Source: Escherichia phage ECO07P3. From it: a DNA stretch of 64,000 nt. Location: the sequence record OP172786; one strand, given 5' to 3'. Below are positions 45,330 to 56,264 of the stretch, piece by piece (the stretch's first letter is position 1; each line of letters starts with the position of its first letter). A program made the position numbers and the translations under genes. The notes beneath the pieces are model-generated. The model worked only from the letters and a program-made list of their open reading frames with translations. It did no database searches and had not been told where the DNA came from.

Positions 45330-45330
<1 letters not shown>

Positions 45331-46043
45331 TATAGTACCTTTAGTGTATTTTTAATTTTAGAAAAAAGTTCTTCAAGAGAACCATCGTTTGTAATTACTA
45401 AATCGCCATCACGAATTGGCAATCCAGCTTCTGTAATATGAGTATCATTGGATTTTTGACCAGGACGAACTACATGAATTACTGTAGCACCCATCGCCCT
45501 AGCCGCATCCATTTCATGATCTTGACGAGTATCAGGAACGATATAATAATCATAACCTGAGTTAAATTTATCAAGATAATCTAAAGCAAATAATTTTACC
45601 CAATACATGCGGTCGAAGTTATTAACAATCAAATCCGTACCTAGGGCTTGCATCAGACGACGGACTGACCATTGATCTTCAATATTATTTATAACGTCAG
45701 CAATCTTGTTAAATGCTACGAAATTAACTGCGTCATCAAAAATAAACACACCTTTAATTGGGCTTTTACTATTAAGATAGCAAAATGCTTGTTCCATAAT
45801 CGTAATTACTTCTAATTTAGTCAGATTTAAATTAGTCTCACGATCATAGTCAATTCCTTCAAACTCTTTACGAGTTAAACAAGGATAGCCAGTGTTTGCT
45901 GCAAATACACCCCATGCATAAGCCAATGCATCCTTAATAGGACCAGCAAGTTGATATTTAACTGCAGAATAATTATTCATAATAAAATCTGCAGTAGTAT
46001 CTTTTCCACTACGCTTTACACCACTTAAAAAGATTAGTTTCAT
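45330..46043 (-). CDS. 1: deoxynucleoside monophosphate kinase gp1
   Basis: 237-aa ORF with P-loop GVKRSGKDT; ATG at 46043 after GAGGAGAAAC. Confidence 0.92.
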
Positions 46044-46068
46044 ATGTTTCTCCTCAAATTTAGTTAAG

Positions 46069-46094
46069 ATTATAACACATGAAACTGAAGCATT
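46069..46094 (-). promoter_or_regulatory. middle (MotA-dependent) promoter upstream of gene 1
   Basis: Minus strand AATGCTTCA (MotA-box-like), 11-nt spacer, extended -10 TGTTATAAT. Confidence 0.5.
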
Positions 46095-46623
46095 AAACTT
46101 CTGCTATAATTTTTCCATCTTTTTCTACTTGAAAATACGTATAAGGAATCGTTGCTGTGCATACTAAGGCTGGGTCTGAATCTTCTGTGTAGCTAAATTC
46201 TACTTCAGACAGGTCAGAAACCCAAGGCTTATAAAAATTTATTGACATCACGATTTCAGTTTTACTGTTATCTAAAATGTAAAGCGTAATGTATTCAGGA
46301 CCTGTTTTTTGGGCAGTATTTTCGCCTGTAAGATAGTTACTAGTTCCTAGCATCCATTCATACATTCCTATCCACGACTTAAGCTCTTCATCAACTATAA
46401 ATCTCACAATGAGTGGGTCGTACTCAAATGTAACTCCTGGACGCTGTGCTCTACCTAGTCCAAACGGCCCAGTCACGGTATCAGTAACAGGTATTCTAAT
46501 TCCCGGAATAGGAACTGACTGAGCATTTAAAGTAAAAGCAGATGTAGTATTACTATGCGGTATTGATACTACAAAGTTAGTTGTATTTGCTTGGTTAAAA
46601 ATTTGTTGTAGTGCTTGCGACAT
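46093..46623 (-). CDS. 3: tail completion/sheath stabiliser gp3
   Basis: Start set at MSQALQQIFNQANTTNFVVSIPHS... (ATG 46623 after GAGGAATAT), 176 aa as in T4 gp3; track ORF starts upstream. Confidence 0.9.
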   Translation of the reverse strand: MSQALQQIFNQANTTNFVVSIPHSNTTSAFTLNAQSVPIPGIRIPVTDTVTGPFGLGRAQRPGVTFEYDPLIVRFIVDEELKSWIGMYEWMLGTSNYLTGENTAQKTGPEYITLYILDNSKTEIVMSINFYKPWVSDLSEVEFSYTEDSDPALVCTATIPYTYFQVEKDGKIIAEV

Positions 46624-46729
46624 ATATTCCTCATAATGCTTCATAAATGTTGGTGGTATAATGGGTCTAAGTCCCTTCCATTCAATTCCAATTAGAACAA
46701 ACAATAGAAAAGAATGGAAGATAATAGAA

Positions 46730-47554
46730 TTAGATATTTGACCAGACTTTGTTTGCAGAGAAACGTTTTCCTTTTGAAACGAACTGCTGAAGTGGCATCA
46801 ACACAACGTTCGCCCAGTCTTTCGGGGCGATTTCAACAAGGCTACCCATAATATTACCAGGTATATATGCCTTAATCATTTGGTCTGCACCCCTAAATCC
46901 TTTCACTTGACTCCAATCAATTTTTAATTTCGTTTTATTAGTAATAGTAGGTGTATTTGAATATTGCTTTAAAAGCTCTTCTAGAAATTGCTGACGAGCT
47001 TTAGGTGGAATATAGTGCAAGTTCAATCCGTACATTAAATTATGTTTACCTAAACCAAGGTAAATTATCAAAGGAAATTTATCCCAGTAAGGAAGAGTTT
47101 CCTTGTGTTTAGCATCATAAGCAAAAGCATATATTCGTCCCGGCTGCGGGCGAACAACTTTATGTCCTTTTACTTGCTTAATAGTTTCAGCAAACCACTT
47201 TCTGGTTTTATTATTAATTGCTGCACCTTCATTACGAATTTTATCACGCAACGTTTGCCTGAATGAATTTATCATAAGCAGTTGTCTTTCTTGCTTATTG
47301 AGTTTATTCATTGGTTTTGATTCAAGCTTTTGAATCTTTTCAGCCGTTTTAATTCCTGAAGCATATTTTGACATTGCCGAAGTAAACGTAGAGTATTTGA
47401 TTCCTCTTTCTTCAGCAAATTGCTTTCCTGTCATTCCTTTTGCTTTGGCCTTTCTGTATTCAAGACCTATCTGAATCCATTTCTTTTCGTTTAATGATTG
47501 CTTAACCTTTGGAACTTGGGGAGTGCTTTCATTAATTATTTGAAAAATAGCCAT
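46730..47554 (-). CDS. 2: DNA end protector gp2
   Basis: 274-aa ORF at the gene 2 position; same length as T4 gp2. Confidence 0.9.
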   Translation of the reverse strand: MAIFQIINESTPQVPKVKQSLNEKKWIQIGLEYRKAKAKGMTGKQFAEERGIKYSTFTSAMSKYASGIKTAEKIQKLESKPMNKLNKQERQLLMINSFRQTLRDKIRNEGAAINNKTRKWFAETIKQVKGHKVVRPQPGRIYAFAYDAKHKETLPYWDKFPLIIYLGLGKHNLMYGLNLHYIPPKARQQFLEELLKQYSNTPTITNKTKLKIDWSQVKGFRGADQMIKAYIPGNIMGSLVEIAPKDWANVVLMPLQQFVSKGKRFSANKVWSNI

Positions 47555-48006
47555 TATGCCCCCTTAAAGCCAAGAGCTCGTAATCCATCTTCTGTTAGAA
47601 TTCTAAATTTTATTCCACGCTTTTCAGCTAAAGCTTGAGCTGCTTTCCATTTGTCAGTATTAACGGAATATGTATAAATTTCATTCATAAATCTTTTCTT
47701 CGCTGCAGTTGTTAGATGTGCTGGTTTAACTGGTGGTTGTGTTTCTTTTTTAGGCTTTATTTCAATAAAAAATTCTTGTCCAGAAGAATCTTTCATCCAA
47801 ATATCCATGAAGTATCTACGTTTTTTCCCTTCTGCATTACAAAAATAAGGAATTACTGCTGTTTCACTACCCCATGCAATAATTTCTGGATTTTTATCTA
47901 ACCATTCAAAAAAGAATTTTTCCCAATTTGATCTATACGTAATTTTTTTAGGGTCACCTCTATATTTTGATATATTTTTAGGAACCCATTTTCCAGAATA
48001 TGCCAT
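47554..48006 (-). CDS. 4: head completion protein gp4
   Basis: 150-aa ORF at the gene 4 position; same length as T4 gp4. Confidence 0.9.
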   Translation of the reverse strand: MAYSGKWVPKNISKYRGDPKKITYRSNWEKFFFEWLDKNPEIIAWGSETAVIPYFCNAEGKKRRYFMDIWMKDSSGQEFFIEIKPKKETQPPVKPAHLTTAAKKRFMNEIYTYSVNTDKWKAAQALAEKRGIKFRILTEDGLRALGFKGA

Positions 48007-48017
48007 TGGATTCTCCT

Positions 48018-48025
48018 TATAAATA
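48018..48025 (+). promoter_or_regulatory. late promoter TATAAATA for gene 53
   Basis: Exact TATAAATA 29 nt upstream of the gene 53 ATG. Confidence 0.7.
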
Positions 48026-48032
48026 GATAATA

Positions 48033-48040
48033 TATTTATA
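48033..48040 (-). promoter_or_regulatory. late promoter TATAAATA (minus strand) for gene 4
   Basis: Plus tatttata; TATAAATA on the minus strand 27 nt upstream of the gene 4 ATG; divergent from the gene 53 promoter. Confidence 0.65.
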
Positions 48041-48053
48041 AACAGGAGGGCCC

Positions 48054-48644
48054 ATGCTCTTTACATTTTTTGATCCGATTGAATATGCGGCCAAAACGGT
48101 GAATAAAAACGCGCCGACTATTCCTATGACAGATATTTTTAGAAACTATAAAGACTATTTTAAACGCGCTCTTGCGGGATACCGCTTACGTACTTATTAT
48201 ATCAAAGGTTCACCACGCCCGGAAGAATTAGCAAATACTATATATGGAAATCCACAGTTGTATTGGGTTTTATTGATGTGTAATGATAATTATGATCCGT
48301 ATTATGGATGGATTACTTCGCAAGAAGCTGCTTATCAAGCATCTATACAAAAATATAAAAATGTAGGTGGAGACCAAATAGTATATCACGTGAATGAGAA
48401 TGGTGAAAAATTTTATAATTTAGTATCATACGATGATAATCCATATGTTTGGTATGACAAAGGCGATAAAGCTAGAAAATATCCTCAATATGAAGGAGCA
48501 CTTGCTGCTGTTAATACGTATGAAGCTGCTGTTCTTGAAAATGAAAAACTTCGTCAAATAAAAATAATAGCAAAATCAGACATCAATTCATTTATGAACG
48601 ACCTTATACGTATAATGGAGAAATCTTATGGAAATGATAAGTAA
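48054..48644 (+). CDS. 53: baseplate wedge protein gp53
   Basis: 196-aa ORF after CAGGAGGG; same length and position as T4 gp53. Confidence 0.92.
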   Translation: MLFTFFDPIEYAAKTVNKNAPTIPMTDIFRNYKDYFKRALAGYRLRTYYIKGSPRPEELANTIYGNPQLYWVLLMCNDNYDPYYGWITSQEAAYQASIQKYKNVGGDQIVYHVNENGEKFYNLVSYDDNPYVWYDKGDKARKYPQYEGALAAVNTYEAAVLENEKLRQIKIIAKSDINSFMNDLIRIMEKSYGNDK

Positions 48645-50355
48645 TAACCTTAATTGGTTTGTTGGTGTTGTTGAAGATAGAATGGACCCATTAAAATTAG
48701 GTCGTGTTCGTGTTCGTGTGGTTGGTCTGCATCCACCACAAAGAGCACAAGGTGATGTAATGGGTATTCCAACTGAAAAATTACCATGGATGTCAGTTAT
48801 TCAACCTATAACTTCTGCAGCAATGTCAGGAATTGGAGGTTCTGTTACTGGACCGGTAGAAGGAACTAGAGTTTATGGTCATTTTTTAGACAAATGGAAA
48901 ACTAACGGAATTGTCCTTGGCACGTATGGTGGAATAGTTCGCGAAAAACCGAATAGACTTGAAGGATTTTCTGACCCAACTGGGCAGTATCCTAGACGTT
49001 TAGGAAATGATACTAACGTATTAAACCAAGGCGGAGAAGTAGGATATGATTCGTCTTCTAATATTATCCAAGATAGCAATCTAGACACTGCGATAAATCC
49101 TGATGATAGACCGCTATCAGAAATTCCAACTGATGATAATCCAAATATGTCAATGGCTGAAATGCTTCGCCGTGATGAAGGATTAAGACTAAAAGTTTAT
49201 TGGGATACTGAAGGATATCCGACAATTGGCATTGGTCATCTTATCATGAAGCAACCAGTTCGTGATATGGCCCAAATTAATAAAGTTTTATCAAAACAAG
49301 TTGGTCGTGAAATTACCGGAAATCCAGGTTCTATTACAATGGAAGAAGCGGTAGCTTTATTTGAACGTGATTTGGCTGATATGCAACGTGACATTAAATC
49401 ACATTCTAAAGTTGGCCCAGTTTGGAAAGCAGTTAATCGTTCTCGTCAAATGGCGTTAGAAAATATGGCATTTCAGATGGGTGTTGGTGGTGTAGCTAAA
49501 TTTAACACAATGTTAACTGCTATGTTAGCAGGAGATTGGGAAAAAGCATATAAAGCTGGTCGTGATTCATTGTGGTATCAACAAACAAAAGGCCGTGCAT
49601 CCCGTGTTACCATGATTATTCTTACGGGAAATTTGGAATCATACGGTGTTGAAGTGAAAACCCCAGCTAGGTCTCTATCAGCAATGGCTGCTACTGTAGC
49701 TAAATCTTCTGACCCGGCTGACCCTCCTATTCCGAATGATTCAAGAATTTTATTCAAAGAACCTGTTTCTTCATATAAAGGTGAATATCCGTATGTTCAC
49801 ACAATGGAAACTGAAAGCGGTCATATTCAAGAATTTGATGATACCCCTGGGCAAGAACGATACAGATTAGTTCATCCGACTGGAACGTATGAGGAAGTAT
49901 CACCGTCAGGAAGAAGAACAAGAAAAACTGTTGATAATTTGTATGATATAACAAATGCTGATGGTAATTTTTTGGTAGCTGGCGATAAAAAGACTAATGT
50001 CGGTGGATCAGAAATTTATTACAACATGGATAATCGTCTTCACCAAATAGATGGAAGCAATACGATATTTGTGCGTGGCGATGAAACTAAGACAGTTGAA
50101 GGTAATGGAACTATCCTAGTCAAAGGTAATGTTACTATTGTAGTTGAAGGTAATGCTGACATTACAGTTAAAGGAGATGCTACCACTTTAGTTGAAGGAA
50201 ATCAGACTAATACAGTAAATGGAAATCTTTCTTGGAAAGTTGCTGGGACAGTTGATTGGGACGTTGGTGGTGATTGGACAGAAAAAATGGCATCTATGAG
50301 TTCTATTTCATCTGGTCAATACACAATTGATGGATCGAGGATTGACATTGGCTAA
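48628..50355 (+). CDS. 5: baseplate hub/tail lysozyme and cell-puncturing protein gp5
   Basis: 575-aa ORF MEMISNNLNWFVGVVEDRMDPLKLGRVRVRVVGLHPPQRAQG... with central lysozyme domain (EGLRLKVYWDTEGYPTIGIGHL) and C-terminal VxGxxxxx beta-helix repeats. Confidence 0.95.
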   Translation: MEMISNNLNWFVGVVEDRMDPLKLGRVRVRVVGLHPPQRAQGDVMGIPTEKLPWMSVIQPITSAAMSGIGGSVTGPVEGTRVYGHFLDKWKTNGIVLGTYGGIVREKPNRLEGFSDPTGQYPRRLGNDTNVLNQGGEVGYDSSSNIIQDSNLDTAINPDDRPLSEIPTDDNPNMSMAEMLRRDEGLRLKVYWDTEGYPTIGIGHLIMKQPVRDMAQINKVLSKQVGREITGNPGSITMEEAVALFERDLADMQRDIKSHSKVGPVWKAVNRSRQMALENMAFQMGVGGVAKFNTMLTAMLAGDWEKAYKAGRDSLWYQQTKGRASRVTMIILTGNLESYGVEVKTPARSLSAMAATVAKSSDPADPPIPNDSRILFKEPVSSYKGEYPYVHTMETESGHIQEFDDTPGQERYRLVHPTGTYEEVSPSGRRTRKTVDNLYDITNADGNFLVAGDKKTNVGGSEIYYNMDNRLHQIDGSNTIFVRGDETKTVEGNGTILVKGNVTIVVEGNADITVKGDATTLVEGNQTNTVNGNLSWKVAGTVDWDVGGDWTEKMASMSSISSGQYTIDGSRIDIG

Positions 50356-50389
50356 TATACTTCCAATGAGCGCTGATTTAGGAGAATCC

Positions 50390-50884
50390 ATGGAAGGTTC
50401 TTCTATCGACGTCACCTTTACCGCTCAATTAGAAACAGGTGAAACGTTAGTATCTATAAATATAACTAGTTACGAAGAAACTCCTGGGGTTTTAGTAGAA
50501 GAAAATCGTTTATATGGAACGTATGAATCTGTATTTGGATTTGGAAATGATGCGTTGAAATATCGTTTAGATAATGAATTTAAAACTGCTGCTTCATGGG
50601 AAGACCTTCCAACTGATTCTAATACTCAATTATATTTATGGAAAGCTCCTCAAAACCTCCAGAAGACATTCACTTACGAAGTAACATTAATATATGACTA
50701 CCAAGAACAAAGTGAATCCGGAGGTTCTGACAGTAATTCTAGGTCATCTTCTGATACTACTGAACCAACGAATCCTCCAGCTCCAATAAGAAAAACTCTT
50801 GTTAAAAATTACACAAAAACTATAGTTGGAAATTGGAGTCGTTGGGCTAATAAATTGAGAAGCTATGTGTATGAGAGGCCATAA
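50390..50884 (+). CDS. hypothetical protein (gene 5.1 position)
   Basis: Start set at the ATG after AGGAGA (50390); the longer track ORF overlaps the gene 5 end. Confidence 0.5.
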
Positions 50885-51178
50885 ATGTCAGGATTAAGTT
50901 ATGATAAGTGTGTTACTGCCGGCCATGAAGCATGGCCTCCAACGGTTGTGAATGCTACACAAAGTAAAGTATTCACCGGAGGAATTGCTGTTCTTGTAGC
51001 AGGCGATCCAATTACAGAACATACAGAAATTAAAAAGCCATATGAAACACATGGCGGAGTGACACAACCTAGAACTTCTAAGGTATATGTCACTGGAAAG
51101 AAAGCTGTTCAAATGGCTGATCCAATATCATGCGGTGATACTGTGGCTCAGGCATCATCTAAAGTATTCATTAAATAG
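50885..51178 (+). CDS. 5.4: PAAR-repeat spike-tip protein gp5.4
   Basis: 97-aa ORF between gene 5.1 and gene 6; size and position match T4 gp5.4. Confidence 0.85.
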
Positions 51179-51186
51179 GATTTAAA

Positions 51187-53169
51187 ATGGCAAATACCCC
51201 TGTAAATTATCAATTAACAAGAACAGCAAATGCTATTCCCGAGATATTCGTCGGGGGCACATTTGCTGAAATAAAACAAAACCTCATTGAATGGCTTAAT
51301 GGCCAAAATGAATTTTTGGATTATGATTTTGAAGGCTCAAGATTAAACGTTCTGTGTGACCTTTTGGCTTATAATACGCTGTACATTCAGCAGTTTGGTA
51401 ATGCTGCCTTGTATGAAAGCTTTATGCGTACTGCTAACTTACGTAGTTCAGTAGTTCAAGCTGCACAAGATAATGGATATTTACCTACTTCAAAATCAGC
51501 TGCTCAAACTGAAATTATGCTAACTTGTACAGATGCATTGAATAGAAATTACATTACTATTCCTCGTGGTACTCGCTTTTTAGCATATGCAAAGGATACT
51601 TCCGTTAATCCTTACAACTTTGTATCTACCGAAGATGTTATTGCTATTCGCGATAAAAATAACCAATATTTTCCACGTTTAAAATTGGCCCAGGGACGTA
51701 TAGTAAGAACTGAAATCATTTATGATAAATTAACACCTATTATCATTTATGACAAAAATATTGATAGAAACCAGGTTAAATTATATGTTGATGGAGCGGA
51801 ATGGATTAACTGGACAAGAAAGTCAATGGTTCATGCTGGTTCTACATCAACAATTTACTACATGCGTGAAACTATTGATGGAAATACTGAGTTTTATTTT
51901 GGTGAAGGTGAGATTTCTGTTAATGCGGCAGAAGGAGCATTGACTGCTAATTATATTGGGGGTCTTAAACCTACCCAGAACTCTACGATTGTTATTGAGT
52001 ACATCAGTACTAACGGCGCAGATGCGAATGGCGCAGTCGGATTTTCATATGCAGATACATTGACAAATATAACTGTCATCAACATTAATGAAAATCCAAA
52101 CGATGACCCAGATTTTGTTGGGGCAGATGGCGGCGGCGATCCAGAAGATATTGAACGTATTCGCGAATTGGGTACTATTAAACGCGAAACCCAGCAACGC
52201 TGCGTAACTGCGACTGACTATGATACATTCGTTTCAGAGAGATTTGGTTCTATTATTCAAGCCGTTCAGACTTTCACTGATTCTACTAAACCTGGTTATG
52301 CATTTATTGCTGCTAAACCTAAATCAGGATTGTATTTAACTACTGTACAGCGCGAAGATATTAAAAATTATCTCAAAGACTATAATTTAGCTCCTATTAC
52401 GCCATCAATTATTTCTCCTAATTATCTTTTTATTAAGACTAATTTAAAAGTCACATATGCTTTAAATAAGCTACAAGAATCCGAACAGTGGCTTGAAGGT
52501 CAAATAATTGATAAAATTGACCGCTATTATACTGAAGATGTAGAAATTTTTAACTCGTCTTTTGCCAAGTCTAAGATGTTAACTTATGTAGATGATGCAG
52601 ATCATTCTATCATTGGTTCATCAGCGACTATTCAAATGGTTCGTGAAGTACAAAACTTCTATAAAACGCCTGAAGCAGGTATTAAATACAATAATCAAAT
52701 AAAAGATCGTTCTATGGAATCTAATACGTTTTCATTTAATTCTGGACGAAAGGTTGTGAATCCTGATACTGGTTTAGAAGAAGATGTATTATATGACGTT
52801 CGCATAGTATCAACAGACCGAGATTCTAAAGGAATTGGTAAAGTTATTATTGGTCCATTTGCTTCTGGCGATGTTACAGAAAATGAAAACATTCAGCCGT
52901 ATACAGGCAACGATTTTAACAAATTAGCAAATTCTGATGGACGCGACAAATACTATGTTATCGGTGAAATAAATTATCCAGCTGATGTGATTTATTGGAA
53001 TATCGCTAAAATTAATTTAACATCTGAAAAATTTGAAGTTCAGACCATCGAATTATATTCTGACCCAACCGATGATGTTATCTTTACTCGCGATGGTTCA
53101 CTGATTGTATTTGAAAATGACTTACGTCCACAATACTTAACTATCGATTTGGAGCCTATATCACAATGA
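51187..53169 (+). CDS. 6: baseplate wedge protein gp6
   Basis: 660-aa ORF; same length and position as T4 gp6. Confidence 0.92.
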   Translation: MANTPVNYQLTRTANAIPEIFVGGTFAEIKQNLIEWLNGQNEFLDYDFEGSRLNVLCDLLAYNTLYIQQFGNAALYESFMRTANLRSSVVQAAQDNGYLPTSKSAAQTEIMLTCTDALNRNYITIPRGTRFLAYAKDTSVNPYNFVSTEDVIAIRDKNNQYFPRLKLAQGRIVRTEIIYDKLTPIIIYDKNIDRNQVKLYVDGAEWINWTRKSMVHAGSTSTIYYMRETIDGNTEFYFGEGEISVNAAEGALTANYIGGLKPTQNSTIVIEYISTNGADANGAVGFSYADTLTNITVININENPNDDPDFVGADGGGDPEDIERIRELGTIKRETQQRCVTATDYDTFVSERFGSIIQAVQTFTDSTKPGYAFIAAKPKSGLYLTTVQREDIKNYLKDYNLAPITPSIISPNYLFIKTNLKVTYALNKLQESEQWLEGQIIDKIDRYYTEDVEIFNSSFAKSKMLTYVDDADHSIIGSSATIQMVREVQNFYKTPEAGIKYNNQIKDRSMESNTFSFNSGRKVVNPDTGLEEDVLYDVRIVSTDRDSKGIGKVIIGPFASGDVTENENIQPYTGNDFNKLANSDGRDKYYVIGEINYPADVIYWNIAKINLTSEKFEVQTIELYSDPTDDVIFTRDGSLIVFENDLRPQYLTIDLEPISQ

Positions 53170-56100
53170 CAGTAAAAGCACCTTCAGTCACTAGTCTCAG
53201 AATTTCCAAGTTATCCGCAAATCAGGTGCAAGTACGCTGGGATGACGTTGGTGCTAATTTCTACTATTTTGTAGAAATCGCTGAGACAAAAACAAACTCG
53301 GGGGAAAATCTCCCGAGTAATCAATACAGATGGATTAACTTAGGATATACTGCAAATAACAGCTTCTTTTTTGATGATGCTGACCCGTTGACATCATACA
53401 TTATCAGAGTAGCTACTGCTGCGCAAGATTTTGAGCAGTCTGATTGGATTTATACCGAAGAGTTTGAAACTTTTGCTACAAATGCTTATACATTTCAAAA
53501 CATGATTGAAATGCAATTAGCTAATAAATTCATTCAGGAAAAATTTACTCTTAATAATTCTGATTATGTCAATTTTAATAATGACACTATAATGGCTGCA
53601 TTGATGAATGAATCATTTCAGTTCAGCCCATCATATGTTGACGTTTCATCAATAAGCAATTTTATTATTGGTGAAAATGAGTATCATGAAATACAAGGTT
53701 CTATTCAGCAAGTATGTAAGGATATTAACCGAGTTTATTTGATGGAATCAGAAGGGATTCTATACCTTTTTGAGCGTTATCAACCTGTAGTTAAAGTATC
53801 CAATGATAAAGGACAAACTTGGAAAGCTGTAAAGCTCTTCAATGACCGCGTAGGATATCCTTTATCTAAGACAGTATATTACCAATCTGCGAACACAACA
53901 TACGTTCTAGGATACGACAAGATTTTCTATGGCCGCAAATCGACTGATGTTAGATGGTCAGCTGATGATGTCAGATTTAGTTCTCAGGATATTACATTCG
54001 CTAAACTTGGCGACCAATTACATTTAGGATTTGATGTAGAAATTTTTGCCACTTACGCAACTTTGCCAGCGAATGTATACCGTATTGCAGAAGCTATTAC
54101 TTGCACCGATGATTACATTTATGTTGTCGCCAGAGACAAAGTTAGATACATAAAAACAAGCAATGCACCCATAGATTCTGATCCATTATCTCCAACATAT
54201 TCGGAAAGGCTTTTTGAACCTGATACAATGACTATAACCGGAAATCCTAAAGCAGTATGCTATAAAATGGATTCTATCGGTGATAAAGTTTTTGCTCTTA
54301 TTATTGGTGAAGTTGAAACATTAAATGCTAATCCTAGAACATCAAAAATAATTGATTCTGCTGATAAAGGAATATATGTTTTAAATCATGACACAAAAAC
54401 ATGGAAAAGAGTTTTTGGCAACACTGAAGAAGAAAGAAGACGTATTCAACCAGGGTATGCGAATATGTCAACTGATGGTAAATTAGTTTCTCTATCATCG
54501 AGCAATTTTAAATTTTTAAGTGATAATGTTGTTAATGACCCTGAAACTGCAGTAAAATATCAGTTAATCGGTGCTGTTAAATATGAATTTCCTCGTGAAT
54601 GGTTAGCTGATAAGCATTATCATATGATGGCATTTATAGCAGATGAAAAGTCTGATTGGGAAACTTTTACTCCTCAGCCGATGAAATACTATGCAGAACC
54701 ATTCTTTAACTGGTCTAAAAAATCTAACACACGTTGTTGGATAAACAACTCTGATAGGGTTGTAGTAGTTTATGCTGATTTAAAATATACTAAAGTTATA
54801 GAAAATATTCCGGAAACATCACCAGATAGATTAGTTCATGAATATTGGGATGATGGCGATTGTACTATAGTAATGCCAAATGTTAAATTCACTGGATTTA
54901 AAAAATATGCATCTGGGATGCTTTTCTATAAAGCCTCTGGCGAAATAATTTCTTACTATGATTTTAACTATCGTGTTAGAGACACTGTCGAAATTATTTG
55001 GAAGCCAACTGAAGTATTTTTAAAAGCATTTTTACAAAACCAAGAGCATGAAACTCCTTGGTCGCCCGAAGAAGAGCGTGGATTAGCTGACCCTGATTTA
55101 AGACCATTGATTGGCACAATGATGCCTGATTCTTATTTGTTACAGGATTCGAATTTTGAGGCATTTTGCGAAGCATATATTCAGTATCTTTCTGATGGAT
55201 ATGGAACCCAGTATAATAATTTACGAAATTTAATTCGTAACAAATATCCACGAGAAGAGCATGCATGGGAATATTTGTGGTCAGAGATATATAAAAGAAA
55301 CATTTATTTAAATGCTGACAAACGCGATGCTGTTGCAAGATTTTTCGAATCACGTAGCTATGATTTTTATTCTACTAAAGGAATTGAAGCATCATACAAA
55401 TTTCTTTTTAAAGTTCTTTATAATGAAGAGGTTGAAATTGAAATTGAATCTGGGGCTGGTACTGAATATGATATAATCGTTCAATCTGATTCTTTGACTG
55501 AAGACTTAGTAGGACAAACGATTTATACAGCCACAGGAAGATGTAATGTTACTTATATAGAAAGAAGCTATTCTAATGGTAAATTGCAATGGACCGTAAC
55601 TATTCATAATCTTTTGGGAAGATTGATTGCCGGTCAAGAAGTTAAAGCAGAAAGACTTCCTAGTTTTGAAGGCGAAATTATTCGTGGCGTTAAAGGAAAG
55701 GATTTGCTTCAAAACAATATAGACTATATTAATAGAAGTAGATCATACTATGTAATGAAAATTAAATCCAATTTACCTTCTTCCCGCTGGAAATCTGACG
55801 TTATTCGTTTTGTTCATCCAGTAGGATTTGGATTTATAGCAATTACCCTTTTAACAATGTTTATTAATGTTGGTTTAACTCTTAAACACACAGAGACTAT
55901 AATTAATAAATACAAAAACTATAAATGGGATTCTGGATTGCCTACTGAATACGCTGATAGAGTAGCTAAATTGACTCCAACTGGAGAAATTGAGCATGAT
56001 TCAGTAACAGGCGAAGCAATTTATGAGCCTGGCCCAATGGCTGGCGTAAAATATCCTCTTCCTGATGACTATAATGCTGAAAATAATAATTCAATATTTC

Positions 56101-56264
56101 AAGGTCAATTGCCGTCTGAACGACGTAAATTAATGAGTCCTTTATTTGATGCATCTGGAACAACATTTGCACAATTTAGGGATTTAGTTAATAAACGTCT
56201 AAAAGATAATATAGGAAATCCAAGAGACCCTGAAAATCCAACACAGGTTAAAATAGATGAATGA
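53166..56264 (+). CDS. 7: baseplate wedge initiator gp7
   Basis: 1032-aa ORF; same length and position as T4 gp7. Confidence 0.92.
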   Translation: MTVKAPSVTSLRISKLSANQVQVRWDDVGANFYYFVEIAETKTNSGENLPSNQYRWINLGYTANNSFFFDDADPLTSYIIRVATAAQDFEQSDWIYTEEFETFATNAYTFQNMIEMQLANKFIQEKFTLNNSDYVNFNNDTIMAALMNESFQFSPSYVDVSSISNFIIGENEYHEIQGSIQQVCKDINRVYLMESEGILYLFERYQPVVKVSNDKGQTWKAVKLFNDRVGYPLSKTVYYQSANTTYVLGYDKIFYGRKSTDVRWSADDVRFSSQDITFAKLGDQLHLGFDVEIFATYATLPANVYRIAEAITCTDDYIYVVARDKVRYIKTSNAPIDSDPLSPTYSERLFEPDTMTITGNPKAVCYKMDSIGDKVFALIIGEVETLNANPRTSKIIDSADKGIYVLNHDTKTWKRVFGNTEEERRRIQPGYANMSTDGKLVSLSSSNFKFLSDNVVNDPETAVKYQLIGAVKYEFPREWLADKHYHMMAFIADEKSDWETFTPQPMKYYAEPFFNWSKKSNTRCWINNSDRVVVVYADLKYTKVIENIPETSPDRLVHEYWDDGDCTIVMPNVKFTGFKKYASGMLFYKASGEIISYYDFNYRVRDTVEIIWKPTEVFLKAFLQNQEHETPWSPEEERGLADPDLRPLIGTMMPDSYLLQDSNFEAFCEAYIQYLSDGYGTQYNNLRNLIRNKYPREEHAWEYLWSEIYKRNIYLNADKRDAVARFFESRSYDFYSTKGIEASYKFLFKVLYNEEVEIEIESGAGTEYDIIVQSDSLTEDLVGQTIYTATGRCNVTYIERSYSNGKLQWTVTIHNLLGRLIAGQEVKAERLPSFEGEIIRGVKGKDLLQNNIDYINRSRSYYVMKIKSNLPSSRWKSDVIRFVHPVGFGFIAITLLTMFINVGLTLKHTETIINKYKNYKWDSGLPTEYADRVAKLTPTGEIEHDSVTGEAIYEPGPMAGVKYPLPDDYNAENNNSIFQGQLPSERRKLMSPLFDASGTTFAQFRDLVNKRLKDNIGNPRDPENPTQVKIDE